From assembly GCA_035529675.1 (NCBI GenBank), contig DATKWG010000080.1, positions 1 to 48,974 of the forward strand: a stretch of 48,974 nucleotides of DNA, written 5' to 3'. The position numbers and the translations under genes are program-made. The notes beneath the pieces were generated by a model. That model was not told the DNA's origin. It saw nothing but the letters and a program-made list of their open reading frames with translations, and searched no databases. Source of the stretch: Anaerolineae bacterium (lineage in GTDB: Bacteria > Chloroflexota > Anaerolineae > UBA1429). This document shows, piece after piece, positions 17,259 to 25,705 of the stretch (position 1 is its first letter; each line of letters opens with the position of its first letter).

Positions 17259-17600
17259 ATGCATGAGCTGGCCGTTACAGAGAGCGTTCTCAACATCGTC
17301 TGTCATCACGCAAGGCGGGCAGAGGCCAAGCGTATCATGAGCATTCACCTGGTCATTGGTGAGTTGTCAAGCATTGTGGATGACAGCGTACAGTTCTGCT
17401 TTGACTACCTTAGCCAGGGCACGGTTGCCTGTGGCGCTGAGCTGGTGTTTGAGCGCCTCGCGGTGAGGCTGCGTTGCGCAGCGTGCGGTCACAAGTGGCA
17501 ACCAGGCACTGCCGACTGGACTTGTCCCGATTGTGGCCTGGCCAGGGCGCACATCATCGCGGGTCGCGAGTTCTACGTGGACAGCATCGAGGTGGAGTGA
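17259..17600 (+). CDS. hypA: hydrogenase nickel insertion protein HypA
   Basis: Start re-set to MHELAVTESVL, the canonical MHE N-terminus. The zinc site is CAACG...CPDCG. Confidence 0.9.
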   Translation: MHELAVTESVLNIVCHHARRAEAKRIMSIHLVIGELSSIVDDSVQFCFDYLSQGTVACGAELVFERLAVRLRCAACGHKWQPGTADWTCPDCGLARAHIIAGREFYVDSIEVE

Positions 17601-17606
17601 ACAGGT

Positions 17607-18266
17607 ATGAGTCCCAGTCGAATCCCTGTGGTTGAACGCATCATGGGAGCCAACAAGCAGCTTGCCACCCAGAACCGCCAGACGCTGGATGCCCATGGCG
17701 TTCATTGCGTGAACTTTATGGCCTCGCCGGGCGCAGGCAAGACCAGCCTGATCCTTCGCACCGCAGAGTCACTGGATGGACGGAGGGTGCTCGGCGTTAT
17801 CGAGGGAGATGTGGCATCAACCGTGGACGCCGAAAAGGTTCGGGACGCTGGCCTACCGGTCGTCCAGATCAACACCGGGGGCGGCTGCCACCTGGATGCA
17901 GCCATGGTCCATAGAGCGCTGAGCGAGTTGCCCCTGGATGCGTTCGACCTGCTCTTTGTCGAGAACGTGGGAAACCTGATCTGTCCCGTGGCCTTCGACC
18001 TCGGTGAGCACACTAGAGTGGCCATCTCCAGTGTTCCCGAAGGGGATGACAAACCTCACAAGTATCCGGCCATCTTCACCAGCGTCGATGCCCTGGTCCT
18101 CAACAAGATCGATCTGTTGCCGTACATTCCCTTTGACGTGACAGAGTTCTGCCGCCTGGTTCGGGGGCTCAATCCCAGGATACGCATCTTTGAGGTCTCG
18201 TGTGTGACCAGCGAAGGACTAGATGAGTGGGTTGAGTGGCTGATAGAGCGAACAGCGAAAGCCTAG
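17607..18266 (+). CDS. hypB: hydrogenase nickel incorporation GTPase HypB
   Basis: P-loop SPGAGKTSL, the CH motif GGGCHLDA, and ENVGNLICP. Confidence 0.95.
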   Translation: MSPSRIPVVERIMGANKQLATQNRQTLDAHGVHCVNFMASPGAGKTSLILRTAESLDGRRVLGVIEGDVASTVDAEKVRDAGLPVVQINTGGGCHLDAAMVHRALSELPLDAFDLLFVENVGNLICPVAFDLGEHTRVAISSVPEGDDKPHKYPAIFTSVDALVLNKIDLLPYIPFDVTEFCRLVRGLNPRIRIFEVSCVTSEGLDEWVEWLIERTAKA

Positions 18267-20590
18267 AAGGCATCCGGCGCGCGCTGCGCGTGGCCGTCCA
18301 GGGCGTGGTACAGGGCGTGGGGTTCAGGCCCTTTGTGTATCGCCTGGCACATCAGCACCGGGTTGCAGGCTGGGTGCGCAACACCTCCTGGGGCGTCGAG
18401 ATGGAGGTGGAAGCCGATGCCGACGACCTGGCACGCTTCCTACATGGCCTACGAGACCAGGCGCCGCCTCTGGCTCACATCGAGTCCCTGTCTTCGGAAG
18501 AGATCCCGGTCAACGGCTGGCGTGGTTTCGAGATCCTGCACAGTGAGGCTCAGACTGGCGCCTACCAGCTCATATCTCCCGATATAGCAACCTGCGCCGA
18601 TTGCCTGCGTGAGCTGTTCGACCCCAGCGACCGGCGCTATCGCTATCCCTTCATCAATTGCACCAACTGCGGACCGCGCTTCACCATCATTGCCGAGGTG
18701 CCCTACGACCGCCCCCTCACCACCATGCGCGCCTTTCGCATGTGTCCCCGCTGTCAGCGAGAGTATGACGATCCACTCGATCGTCGTTTCCATGCCCAGC
18801 CAAACGCCTGTCCCCAGTGCGGGCCAAGTCTGACCCTCTTGGACAGAGACGGACGCCAGGTGGCCTGCGACGATGCGCTTGAGCGAACCGCTGACCTGTT
18901 GCGACAGGGCCGCATCGTGGCGATCAAGGGCCTGGGAGGGTATCAACTGGCCTGCGATGCCACCAGTGCTCGGGCCGTCGCCTGTCTGCGCAGACGCAAG
19001 CATCGCCCCCACAAGCCCTTTGCCGTGATGGTGGCCTCCCTCGCTGCGGTAGAGGAGCACACCACTCCGAGTGATGCCGAGCGCGAGCTCTTGACCTCGC
19101 CGGCAGCACCCATCGTGCTGATTCTCTGGCGCGAGGACTCTACCATCGTTCGAGGAGTGGCTCCAAGCAATCGTTTCCTGGGGGTCATGCTTCCCTACAC
19201 TCCACTGCACCACGTCCTGTTGCACGATGTGGCCGTTCCTCTGGTCATGACCAGCGGCAATCTCGTCGAGGAGCCGATCGCTCGCGATAACCAGGAGGCC
19301 CTGCGGCGTTTGCAGGGAATCGCCGACTACTTTCTGACCCACGATCGCGGCATCCATGCTCGATACGACGATAGTGTCTGGTTCGTCCCCAGTGGAATAC
19401 CCCAGGCCATTCGCCGCGCACGAGGGGTTGCCCCCTTTCCCATTCGCCTACCCTTCAAGGCCAGAACCATTTTGGCTTGCGGCCCTGAGCTGAAGAATAC
19501 CTTTTGCCTGACCCGCGATCGCTATGCCTTCCTGAGCCAGCACATCGGCGACTTGGAGAACCTGGAGACCCAGAACCACTACGAGACGACCATAGCCCTG
19601 TATCGTCGGCTCTTTCATATCGAACCCGAAGCCGTCGCCGTTGACATGCATCCCCAGTACGCGGCCACGCGCTATGGACTGAACCTGGCCCGCGACGGGT
19701 TGCGACTGCTCTCGGTCCAGCACCACCATGCGCATCTCGCAGCCTGCCTGGCGGATCGGATGGAGGATGGCCCAGTCATAGGGGTCATCTTTGATGGCAC
19801 CGGCTATGGTCTCGACGGGCATATCTGGGGTGGCGAATTCCTGGTGGGCGACGGCCGCGGATTCCAACGCGCAGCTCATCTGGAGTACCTGCCCCTCCCT
19901 GGTGGGGACCACGCCATTCGCAGCCCGTATCGCGTGGCCCTGGCCTATGTGCACACGCTCTTGGGTGACCGTCCCCTGCCGCCGGGCCTGGGGGATATCC
20001 CTGAGCAGGAACGGCGGATCATCGCCGCAATGGTGTCGCGCAAGTTGAACACACCTCTGACATCTTCCATGGGGCGGTTGTTCGACGCGGTATCGGCGCT
20101 GCTCGGAATCTGCTTCCAGGCAACCTACGAAGCCCAGGCAGCCATCGAACTGGAGATGCTCGCCCACGACGGGCGCTTGGATGTGCCCCCATATGCGTTC
20201 ACGATAGAAGCCACCGATGACGTCCAAGGCTGGGGCCAAGCGCAAGCATGGGTGTCCCGTGGCTTTGAGCTCCGCCTGGCGCCCCTCTTGGCCGAGATCC
20301 TGGACGATCTTTCAGATGGTGTGCCCAAAAAGGATATCGCCGCCCGCTTTCATCTCACGGTGGCGCACATGATCGTGGACACTTGCGAGAGGTTGCGCTC
20401 GCGGACAGGTTTGGAGCAGGTGGTCTTGAGCGGAGGATGCTTTCACAATCGTCTGCTGCTCTCTCTCGTCTTGCCCAGCCTGCAAGCGCGTGGCTTCCAC
20501 GTGTTGACCCACCATCAGGTGCCCTGCAACGACGGCGGCATTGCCCTGGGGCAAGCCGTCATCGCTCACTATGCCATGAACGGAGACTAG
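18236..20590 (+). CDS. hypF: carbamoyltransferase HypF
   Basis: Acylphosphatase-like N-terminus (VQGVVQGVGFRPFVYRLA), two CxxC zinc-finger pairs, and YrdC-like and Kae1-like regions. The GTG start overlaps the hypB end; its exact position is uncertain. Confidence 0.95.
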   Translation: MADRANSESLEGIRRALRVAVQGVVQGVGFRPFVYRLAHQHRVAGWVRNTSWGVEMEVEADADDLARFLHGLRDQAPPLAHIESLSSEEIPVNGWRGFEILHSEAQTGAYQLISPDIATCADCLRELFDPSDRRYRYPFINCTNCGPRFTIIAEVPYDRPLTTMRAFRMCPRCQREYDDPLDRRFHAQPNACPQCGPSLTLLDRDGRQVACDDALERTADLLRQGRIVAIKGLGGYQLACDATSARAVACLRRRKHRPHKPFAVMVASLAAVEEHTTPSDAERELLTSPAAPIVLILWREDSTIVRGVAPSNRFLGVMLPYTPLHHVLLHDVAVPLVMTSGNLVEEPIARDNQEALRRLQGIADYFLTHDRGIHARYDDSVWFVPSGIPQAIRRARGVAPFPIRLPFKARTILACGPELKNTFCLTRDRYAFLSQHIGDLENLETQNHYETTIALYRRLFHIEPEAVAVDMHPQYAATRYGLNLARDGLRLLSVQHHHAHLAACLADRMEDGPVIGVIFDGTGYGLDGHIWGGEFLVGDGRGFQRAAHLEYLPLPGGDHAIRSPYRVALAYVHTLLGDRPLPPGLGDIPEQERRIIAAMVSRKLNTPLTSSMGRLFDAVSALLGICFQATYEAQAAIELEMLAHDGRLDVPPYAFTIEATDDVQGWGQAQAWVSRGFELRLAPLLAEILDDLSDGVPKKDIAARFHLTVAHMIVDTCERLRSRTGLEQVVLSGGCFHNRLLLSLVLPSLQARGFHVLTHHQVPCNDGGIALGQAVIAHYAMNGD

Positions 20591-20592
20591 AT

Positions 20593-20859
20593 GTGTGTCT
20601 GGCAGTGCCACTTCGGGTCAAGAGTATCGACGGAACCGTAGCTGAAGTCGAACTGAGCGGCGTATCGCGTCGAGTAAGCCTGATCCTCACCCCCGAAGCC
20701 GGGGTGGGCGACTACGTTCTGGTGCATACCGGCTTTGCCATCGGAGTGCTCGATGAGGAGGAAGCCCAGCAAACGCTGGCCTTGCTGGCCGAGCTAGAAG
20801 AGGCTGGGCGACGGCTGGACGAGGAGGAGCAAGAGTCCCACAAGGTGCCCGGCGCATGA
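20593..20859 (+). CDS. hypC: hydrogenase assembly chaperone HypC/HupF
   Basis: GTG-TGT start gives (M)CLAVPLRVKSIDG, with the essential Cys2, 3 nt after the hypF stop. Confidence 0.9.
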   Translation: MCLAVPLRVKSIDGTVAEVELSGVSRRVSLILTPEAGVGDYVLVHTGFAIGVLDEEEAQQTLALLAELEEAGRRLDEEEQESHKVPGA

Positions 20860-21962
20860 GATACACCGACGAATACCGCAACCCGGACGCTGCCCGGGGA
20901 CTCGTTGCCACCATTCGCGGTCGGGTCGCGCGGCCCATCCGCATCATGGAGTTCTGTGGCGGCCACACGCGCGCCATCATGCGCTATGGCATTCGCCAGG
21001 CGCTTTCCCCTCACCTGCACATGCTGTCGGGGCCAGGTTGCCCGGTCTGCGTCACCCCCGATGGCGAGATCGACTATGCCATCGCCTTGGCCCACCTGCC
21101 CGGCGTGACTGTGGCGACCTTTGGCGATATGATCCGGGTGCCCGGTTCCCGATCCAGCCTGCAAGAGGCCCGGGCGGCCGGCGCGGATGTGCAAATCGTC
21201 TATTCGGCGTTGGACGCCCTGGAGCGCGCCCGCAGAGAACCTGGTCGCTCGATAGTGATGCTGGGCATCGGCTTCGAGACCACGGCGCCGGGTGTGGCTG
21301 CCTCCCTCGTCGAGGCGCGTGAACTCGGGATAGGGAACTATTTCGTCTACAGCATGCACAAGCTGACTCCTCCGGCCATGCGGGCCATCCTTGACGCCGG
21401 CGAGGTGCGGCTGGATGCCATACTTGGCCCGGGCCATGTGACCACCATAATCGGTGCCAACGCCTGGAGCTTTCTGGCGCAAGACTACCGCATCCCGTGC
21501 GCAGTCTCTGGCTTTGAGCCCCTCGACATATTGCGGGCGCTGAGCATGTTAGCTGATGCAGTGTGGAATGGGAATCCTCAAGTGGCAAACGCCTATCCCC
21601 GCAGCGTGACCAGCCAGGGGAACACGAAGGCCCAGTTACTCATGAAAGACGTCTTTGAGACTTGTGCAGTGGCCTGGCGTGGGCTGGGAGAGATACCTTC
21701 AAGCGGGCTCAAGCTCCGCCAAGAGTATGCAGCTCACGATGCACGGTTGGCTTTCGACCCGCCGTCGGCGGCCACCGCTGCGACACTCACTCCTGCTGAA
21801 CGGGGCTGTCGGTGCGGTGAGGTGTTGCGAGGCGTGGCCGAGCCACCGGAATGTCCCCTGTTCGGCGGGGTCTGCACTCCTGCCCGGCCCATTGGGGCTT
21901 GCATGGTCTCTGCCGAAGGCTCCTGCGCTGCCCACTACCGCTATGGAGGTTCGCTCGACTGA
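20856..21962 (+). CDS. hypD: hydrogenase formation protein HypD
   Basis: MRYTDEYRN..., FCGGHT, GPGCPVCV. Overlaps hypC by 4 nt (ATGA). Confidence 0.95.
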   Translation: MRYTDEYRNPDAARGLVATIRGRVARPIRIMEFCGGHTRAIMRYGIRQALSPHLHMLSGPGCPVCVTPDGEIDYAIALAHLPGVTVATFGDMIRVPGSRSSLQEARAAGADVQIVYSALDALERARREPGRSIVMLGIGFETTAPGVAASLVEARELGIGNYFVYSMHKLTPPAMRAILDAGEVRLDAILGPGHVTTIIGANAWSFLAQDYRIPCAVSGFEPLDILRALSMLADAVWNGNPQVANAYPRSVTSQGNTKAQLLMKDVFETCAVAWRGLGEIPSSGLKLRQEYAAHDARLAFDPPSAATAATLTPAERGCRCGEVLRGVAEPPECPLFGGVCTPARPIGACMVSAEGSCAAHYRYGGSLD

Positions 21963-22990
21963 TGACCGAGGAATCCGTCCTTTTGGCGCACGGTGGGGGG
22001 GGCATCCTTGGTCACGACTTGATCGAACGGGTGTTCTTGAAGCATCTGGGCAACCCTGTGCTGAATGCCCTGGAGGATGCCGCCCTCATCGAGCTCACCG
22101 ATGAACGGGGCCAGATGGTCGGGCAGCCCGCGCTGACCACCGACTCCTATGTTGTGCAGCCCATCTTTTTCCCCGGTGGCGACATTGGAAAGCTGGCTGT
22201 CTGCGGAACGGTCAACGATCTTGCCATGCGTGGCGCACAACCCGTCTGCATGAGCGTCGGGTTCATTCTGACCGAAGGGCTGCCGCTATCGGACCTGGAG
22301 CGGGTGGTGGCATCGATGGCTGCGACGGCCCAGTTCGCCGGCGTCCGCATCCTGGCCGGCGATACCAAGGTTCTGGAGAGGAGCAGCGGCGACGGCCTGT
22401 TCATCAACACGACCGGCATCGGCCTCGTACCTCCCGGCGTGCAGATCTCAGCCTCGGCGGCCCGCCCCGGCGACGTGGTCATGGTCAGCGGGGCGGTCGG
22501 CGATCATGGCCTGGCCATAATGACCCAGCGCGAGGGCTTGCGTTTTGACAGTCCACTGCGCAGCGATTGCGCCCCCCTCAACTTGCTGGTCAGGGTCATG
22601 ATCGAGGCGTGCCCGGGTATTCACGTGCTCCGCGACCCAACCAGAGGCGGCCTGGCCACCACTCTCAACGAGCTGGCGGCCCGATCTGGTGTGGGCTTTG
22701 AGATCGTGGAGGCCAGCGTGCCCGTTCACGAACCGGTGCGGGCCGCCAGCGAACTCTTGGGGCTGGATCCCCTGTACGTTGCCAACGAGGGCAAACTGGT
22801 GGCCATCGTTGAGGAGGATGATGCTGATGCCCTGCTCAGGGCCATGCGATCGCACCCCTTTGGCCGTGAGGCCGCGATCATTGGGCGAGTGGTGGCCGAG
22901 CATCCCGGAAGAGTGGTGTTGCGCACCCTGTTGGGGACTCGTCGAGTCCTCGACATGCTGGCGGGAGAGCAGTTGCCCAGGATATGCTAA
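21962..22990 (+). CDS. hypE: hydrogenase expression/formation protein HypE
   Basis: Start re-set to MTEESVLLAHGGGG (ATG 21962, overlapping the hypD TGA, with GGAGGT upstream). AIR-synthase-like fold, with the C-terminus ending PRIC. Confidence 0.95.
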   Translation: MTEESVLLAHGGGGILGHDLIERVFLKHLGNPVLNALEDAALIELTDERGQMVGQPALTTDSYVVQPIFFPGGDIGKLAVCGTVNDLAMRGAQPVCMSVGFILTEGLPLSDLERVVASMAATAQFAGVRILAGDTKVLERSSGDGLFINTTGIGLVPPGVQISASAARPGDVVMVSGAVGDHGLAIMTQREGLRFDSPLRSDCAPLNLLVRVMIEACPGIHVLRDPTRGGLATTLNELAARSGVGFEIVEASVPVHEPVRAASELLGLDPLYVANEGKLVAIVEEDDADALLRAMRSHPFGREAAIIGRVVAEHPGRVVLRTLLGTRRVLDMLAGEQLPRIC

Positions 22991-23219
22991 GGATCTTGAG
23001 ATTGCACGGTTGGGGAGCTCGGGCGGGCGTGGGCAACCGGCTAGCACGCGCTTTGTGTCTTCTTCCTGTGCTTCTCGGGACAACTAGTTGGAAACATCGA
23101 CGAGAATCGCTGGACAAAGCAGCGGCCCAGGTCGGTGCCCTGTCGCATCAAGGACTTGCCGCGTTTCAGTCCTTGTCGCTCACAAGCGTGCCGGCAGCGT
23201 CATCTCGGGGAGGTTCAAC

Positions 23220-23819
23220 GTGTCACAACTCGAGTCTCTGAACGAACAGATCCGCCGATGCAGTTCATGTCGATTATGCAGGGAACGAAAGAGAGCAGTG
23301 CCCGGCGAGGGCCCCGAGGACGCAGACATCGTGTTTGTGGGCGAGGCACCCGGTTTCCACGAAGATCGGCAAGGGCGTCCCTTCGTGGGCCCCGCAGGGC
23401 AGTTCTTGGAGGAACTGCTGGCTTCCATCAACCTTTCTCGCAACGATGTCTACATATGCAACGTTATCAAATGCCGTCCCCCAAACAACCGCGAACCTCA
23501 GCCCGATGAGCTTGCCGCCTGCCGTCCATATCTCGACAAGCAGATCCAGCTCATCAAGCCCAAGCTGATCGTAACCCTGGGACGCTTTTCCATGCAGCTC
23601 GCCTTCTCTGGGGTGAGGATCTCCCGCGTGCACGGGATCCCCAAGAGGGTGGGGGAGTTCGTCTACTTTCCGATGTTCCATCCGGCAGCGGCGCTGCACC
23701 AGCCCAGATACCGCGCCTCCATCGAGGAGGCCATGCTCAAGATCCCCCAGATTCTGGCAGACCTTCACTCAGTCGAGACCGGGGAGAGCGGCCCGCCACA
23801 ACAGTTGAGCTTATTCTAG
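23220..23819 (+). CDS. uracil-DNA glycosylase, family 4
   Basis: GEGPEDADIVFVGEAPG...GRPFVGPAG...CNVIKCRPPNNR. Start re-set to GTG 23220, 6 nt after GGGGAGG. Confidence 0.85.
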   Translation: MSQLESLNEQIRRCSSCRLCRERKRAVPGEGPEDADIVFVGEAPGFHEDRQGRPFVGPAGQFLEELLASINLSRNDVYICNVIKCRPPNNREPQPDELAACRPYLDKQIQLIKPKLIVTLGRFSMQLAFSGVRISRVHGIPKRVGEFVYFPMFHPAAALHQPRYRASIEEAMLKIPQILADLHSVETGESGPPQQLSLF

Positions 23820-23834
23820 CGATCGGAGAGTCTG

Positions 23835-25478
23835 GTGGCCAAAGACAAGTTGAGGATCGTTGCCCTCGGCGGCCTTGGTGAGATAGGCCGAAACATGCTG
23901 GTCGTGGAATACGGCGACAGCGTGATGATTATTGACGCCGGACTGATGTTTCCCAAGAACGACATGCTGGGAATCGACATCGTGATTCCCGATCTCAGCT
24001 ATGTCTTGGAACGGTCCCATCGAGTCGAGGCAGTCATCATCACCCACGGGCATGAGGATCATATCGGAGCTCTGCCCTATCTGCTGCGAGAGGTGGAGGC
24101 ACCCGTCTATGCCACGCGACTCACCCACGGGCTGATCGAGGTGAAGCTGCATGAGGCCAGGATCCAAGGAGTGGATCTGCGCACTATCGCGGCCACCGAC
24201 GTGTTGCATGTTGGACCGTTCCGGATAGAGTTCTTCCACGTCAGTCACAGCATACCTGACGGCGTGGGTTTGGGGATAACCACTCCTGTTGGGCTGGTGG
24301 TGCATTCGGGGGACTTTAAGTTCGATCATACTCCGGTGGATGGCCGTCGAACCGACTTTGCCAGACTGGCCGAGCTGGGCGGCCGAGGAGTGCTCTTGTT
24401 GCTTTCCGATAGCACAAACTCGGAGAGTCGCGGCTACACGCCTTCAGAACGGGTCATCGGAGAGATGCTCTCCCGTGCCTTCGCCGAGGCAAGGGGACGG
24501 GTCATCGTGGCCACCTTCGCTTCTAACATCTCTCGGGTCCAGCAGATCATCGACACGGCGCGCCAGAATGGGCGTCGCGTCGCAGTGGTCGGGCGTAGCA
24601 TGGTCAACAACGTCCGAATCGCGCGAGAGCTGGGCTACCTCAAGGTTCCGGCAGACACTCTGCTCACAGTGGCCCAACTCGACCGGCTCCCTCCTCATCA
24701 GGCGGTGCTGATCTGCACCGGCAGCCAGGGGGAGCCGACCTCAGCCCTGGTACGCATGGGTCGGGGGAGCTTCCACTCTGTGAGCGTGGTTCCCGGCGAC
24801 ACGGTGATCGTTTCTGCGACTCCCATCCCGGGCAATGAAGAGCTGGTCAACCACACTCTCGATGACCTCTTTCGCCTGGGGGCGAACGTGCTCTACGACC
24901 AGGTGCTCGACGTGCACGTCTCTGGCCACGCAAGCCAGGAAGAGCAAAAGATGATGATAAACCTGATTCGACCCAAGTATTTCGTGCCCATACATGGAGA
25001 GTACCGACACCTGATACTACACGGAAGGCTGGCCGAGCAGTGCGCTGTGGATCGCAGCAACATATTCATCATGGAGACTGGCGATGTGCTGGAATTGGAC
25101 GATAGTGGGGCCCAGATTGTTGATCGGGTGTCGGACTCTTACGTCTTTGTCGATGGGCTGGGTGTAGGAGACGTCGGGAAAACCGTGCTTGAGGACCGAA
25201 GGCGTCTATCGCGCGACGGCTTCCTGGTGGCCCAGGTGACGCTGGACAGGTACACCGGCCATCTGGTTGGCGAGCCGCTGATCATCACCCGGGGGTTCGT
25301 GTACGAACAGGAGGCCACAGAGCTGCTGGAGCAAGCCAAGCAGGAAGCCATCAAAGCTGTCGGATCCGCACGCACGCGCTCCGAAATCAGCCAGCGGTTG
25401 GAGGAATACCTGGCTCGCCTTGCCCTCAAGGAAACCGGTCGGAGTCCCACGATAGTGCCTATTGTGACCAGAGTCTGA
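23835..25478 (+). CDS. rnj: ribonuclease J
   Basis: Metallo-beta-lactamase/beta-CASP protein: LGGLGEIGRNM, ITHGHEDHIGALPY, HVSGHASQEE. Confidence 0.95.
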   Translation: MAKDKLRIVALGGLGEIGRNMLVVEYGDSVMIIDAGLMFPKNDMLGIDIVIPDLSYVLERSHRVEAVIITHGHEDHIGALPYLLREVEAPVYATRLTHGLIEVKLHEARIQGVDLRTIAATDVLHVGPFRIEFFHVSHSIPDGVGLGITTPVGLVVHSGDFKFDHTPVDGRRTDFARLAELGGRGVLLLLSDSTNSESRGYTPSERVIGEMLSRAFAEARGRVIVATFASNISRVQQIIDTARQNGRRVAVVGRSMVNNVRIARELGYLKVPADTLLTVAQLDRLPPHQAVLICTGSQGEPTSALVRMGRGSFHSVSVVPGDTVIVSATPIPGNEELVNHTLDDLFRLGANVLYDQVLDVHVSGHASQEEQKMMINLIRPKYFVPIHGEYRHLILHGRLAEQCAVDRSNIFIMETGDVLELDDSGAQIVDRVSDSYVFVDGLGVGDVGKTVLEDRRRLSRDGFLVAQVTLDRYTGHLVGEPLIITRGFVYEQEATELLEQAKQEAIKAVGSARTRSEISQRLEEYLARLALKETGRSPTIVPIVTRV

Positions 25479-25498
25479 GGTTGAGGATGCCTTCGGGC

Positions 25499-25526
25499 GT
25501 AGGGGCGCATCGCGATGCGCCCCTAC
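25499..25526. repeat. perfect 28-bp palindrome, short form of the GTAGGGGCG...CGCCCCTAC family
   Basis: GTAGGGGCGCATCG|CGATGCGCCCCTAC, located 21 nt after the rnj stop. Confidence 0.85.
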
Positions 25527-25705
25527 CAGAAGCAAAAACCAGAACTAGACAGGCCCCAGTGGGTAGCTCTCGTGGTGTCTGCACCGTTGATTCCGGGTGC
25601 GACCGCTTTCTGGTGTGTTCTTCCACCCTCGTCTACTCCCCGTTTGACAGTCCCCATTGCCCGGACTATGATCCCTTTGCAGCCGGGTTTTGCCAGGAGA
25701 AGCTC

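Noticed and set aside
16730-17348. Two overlapping minus-strand ORFs of 188 and 197 aa in the ftsH-hypA spacer.
   Set aside because: The translations are low-complexity, Arg/Ser/Pro-rich and mutually overlapping, with no start context or family resemblance. They would also run across the hypA promoter and start.
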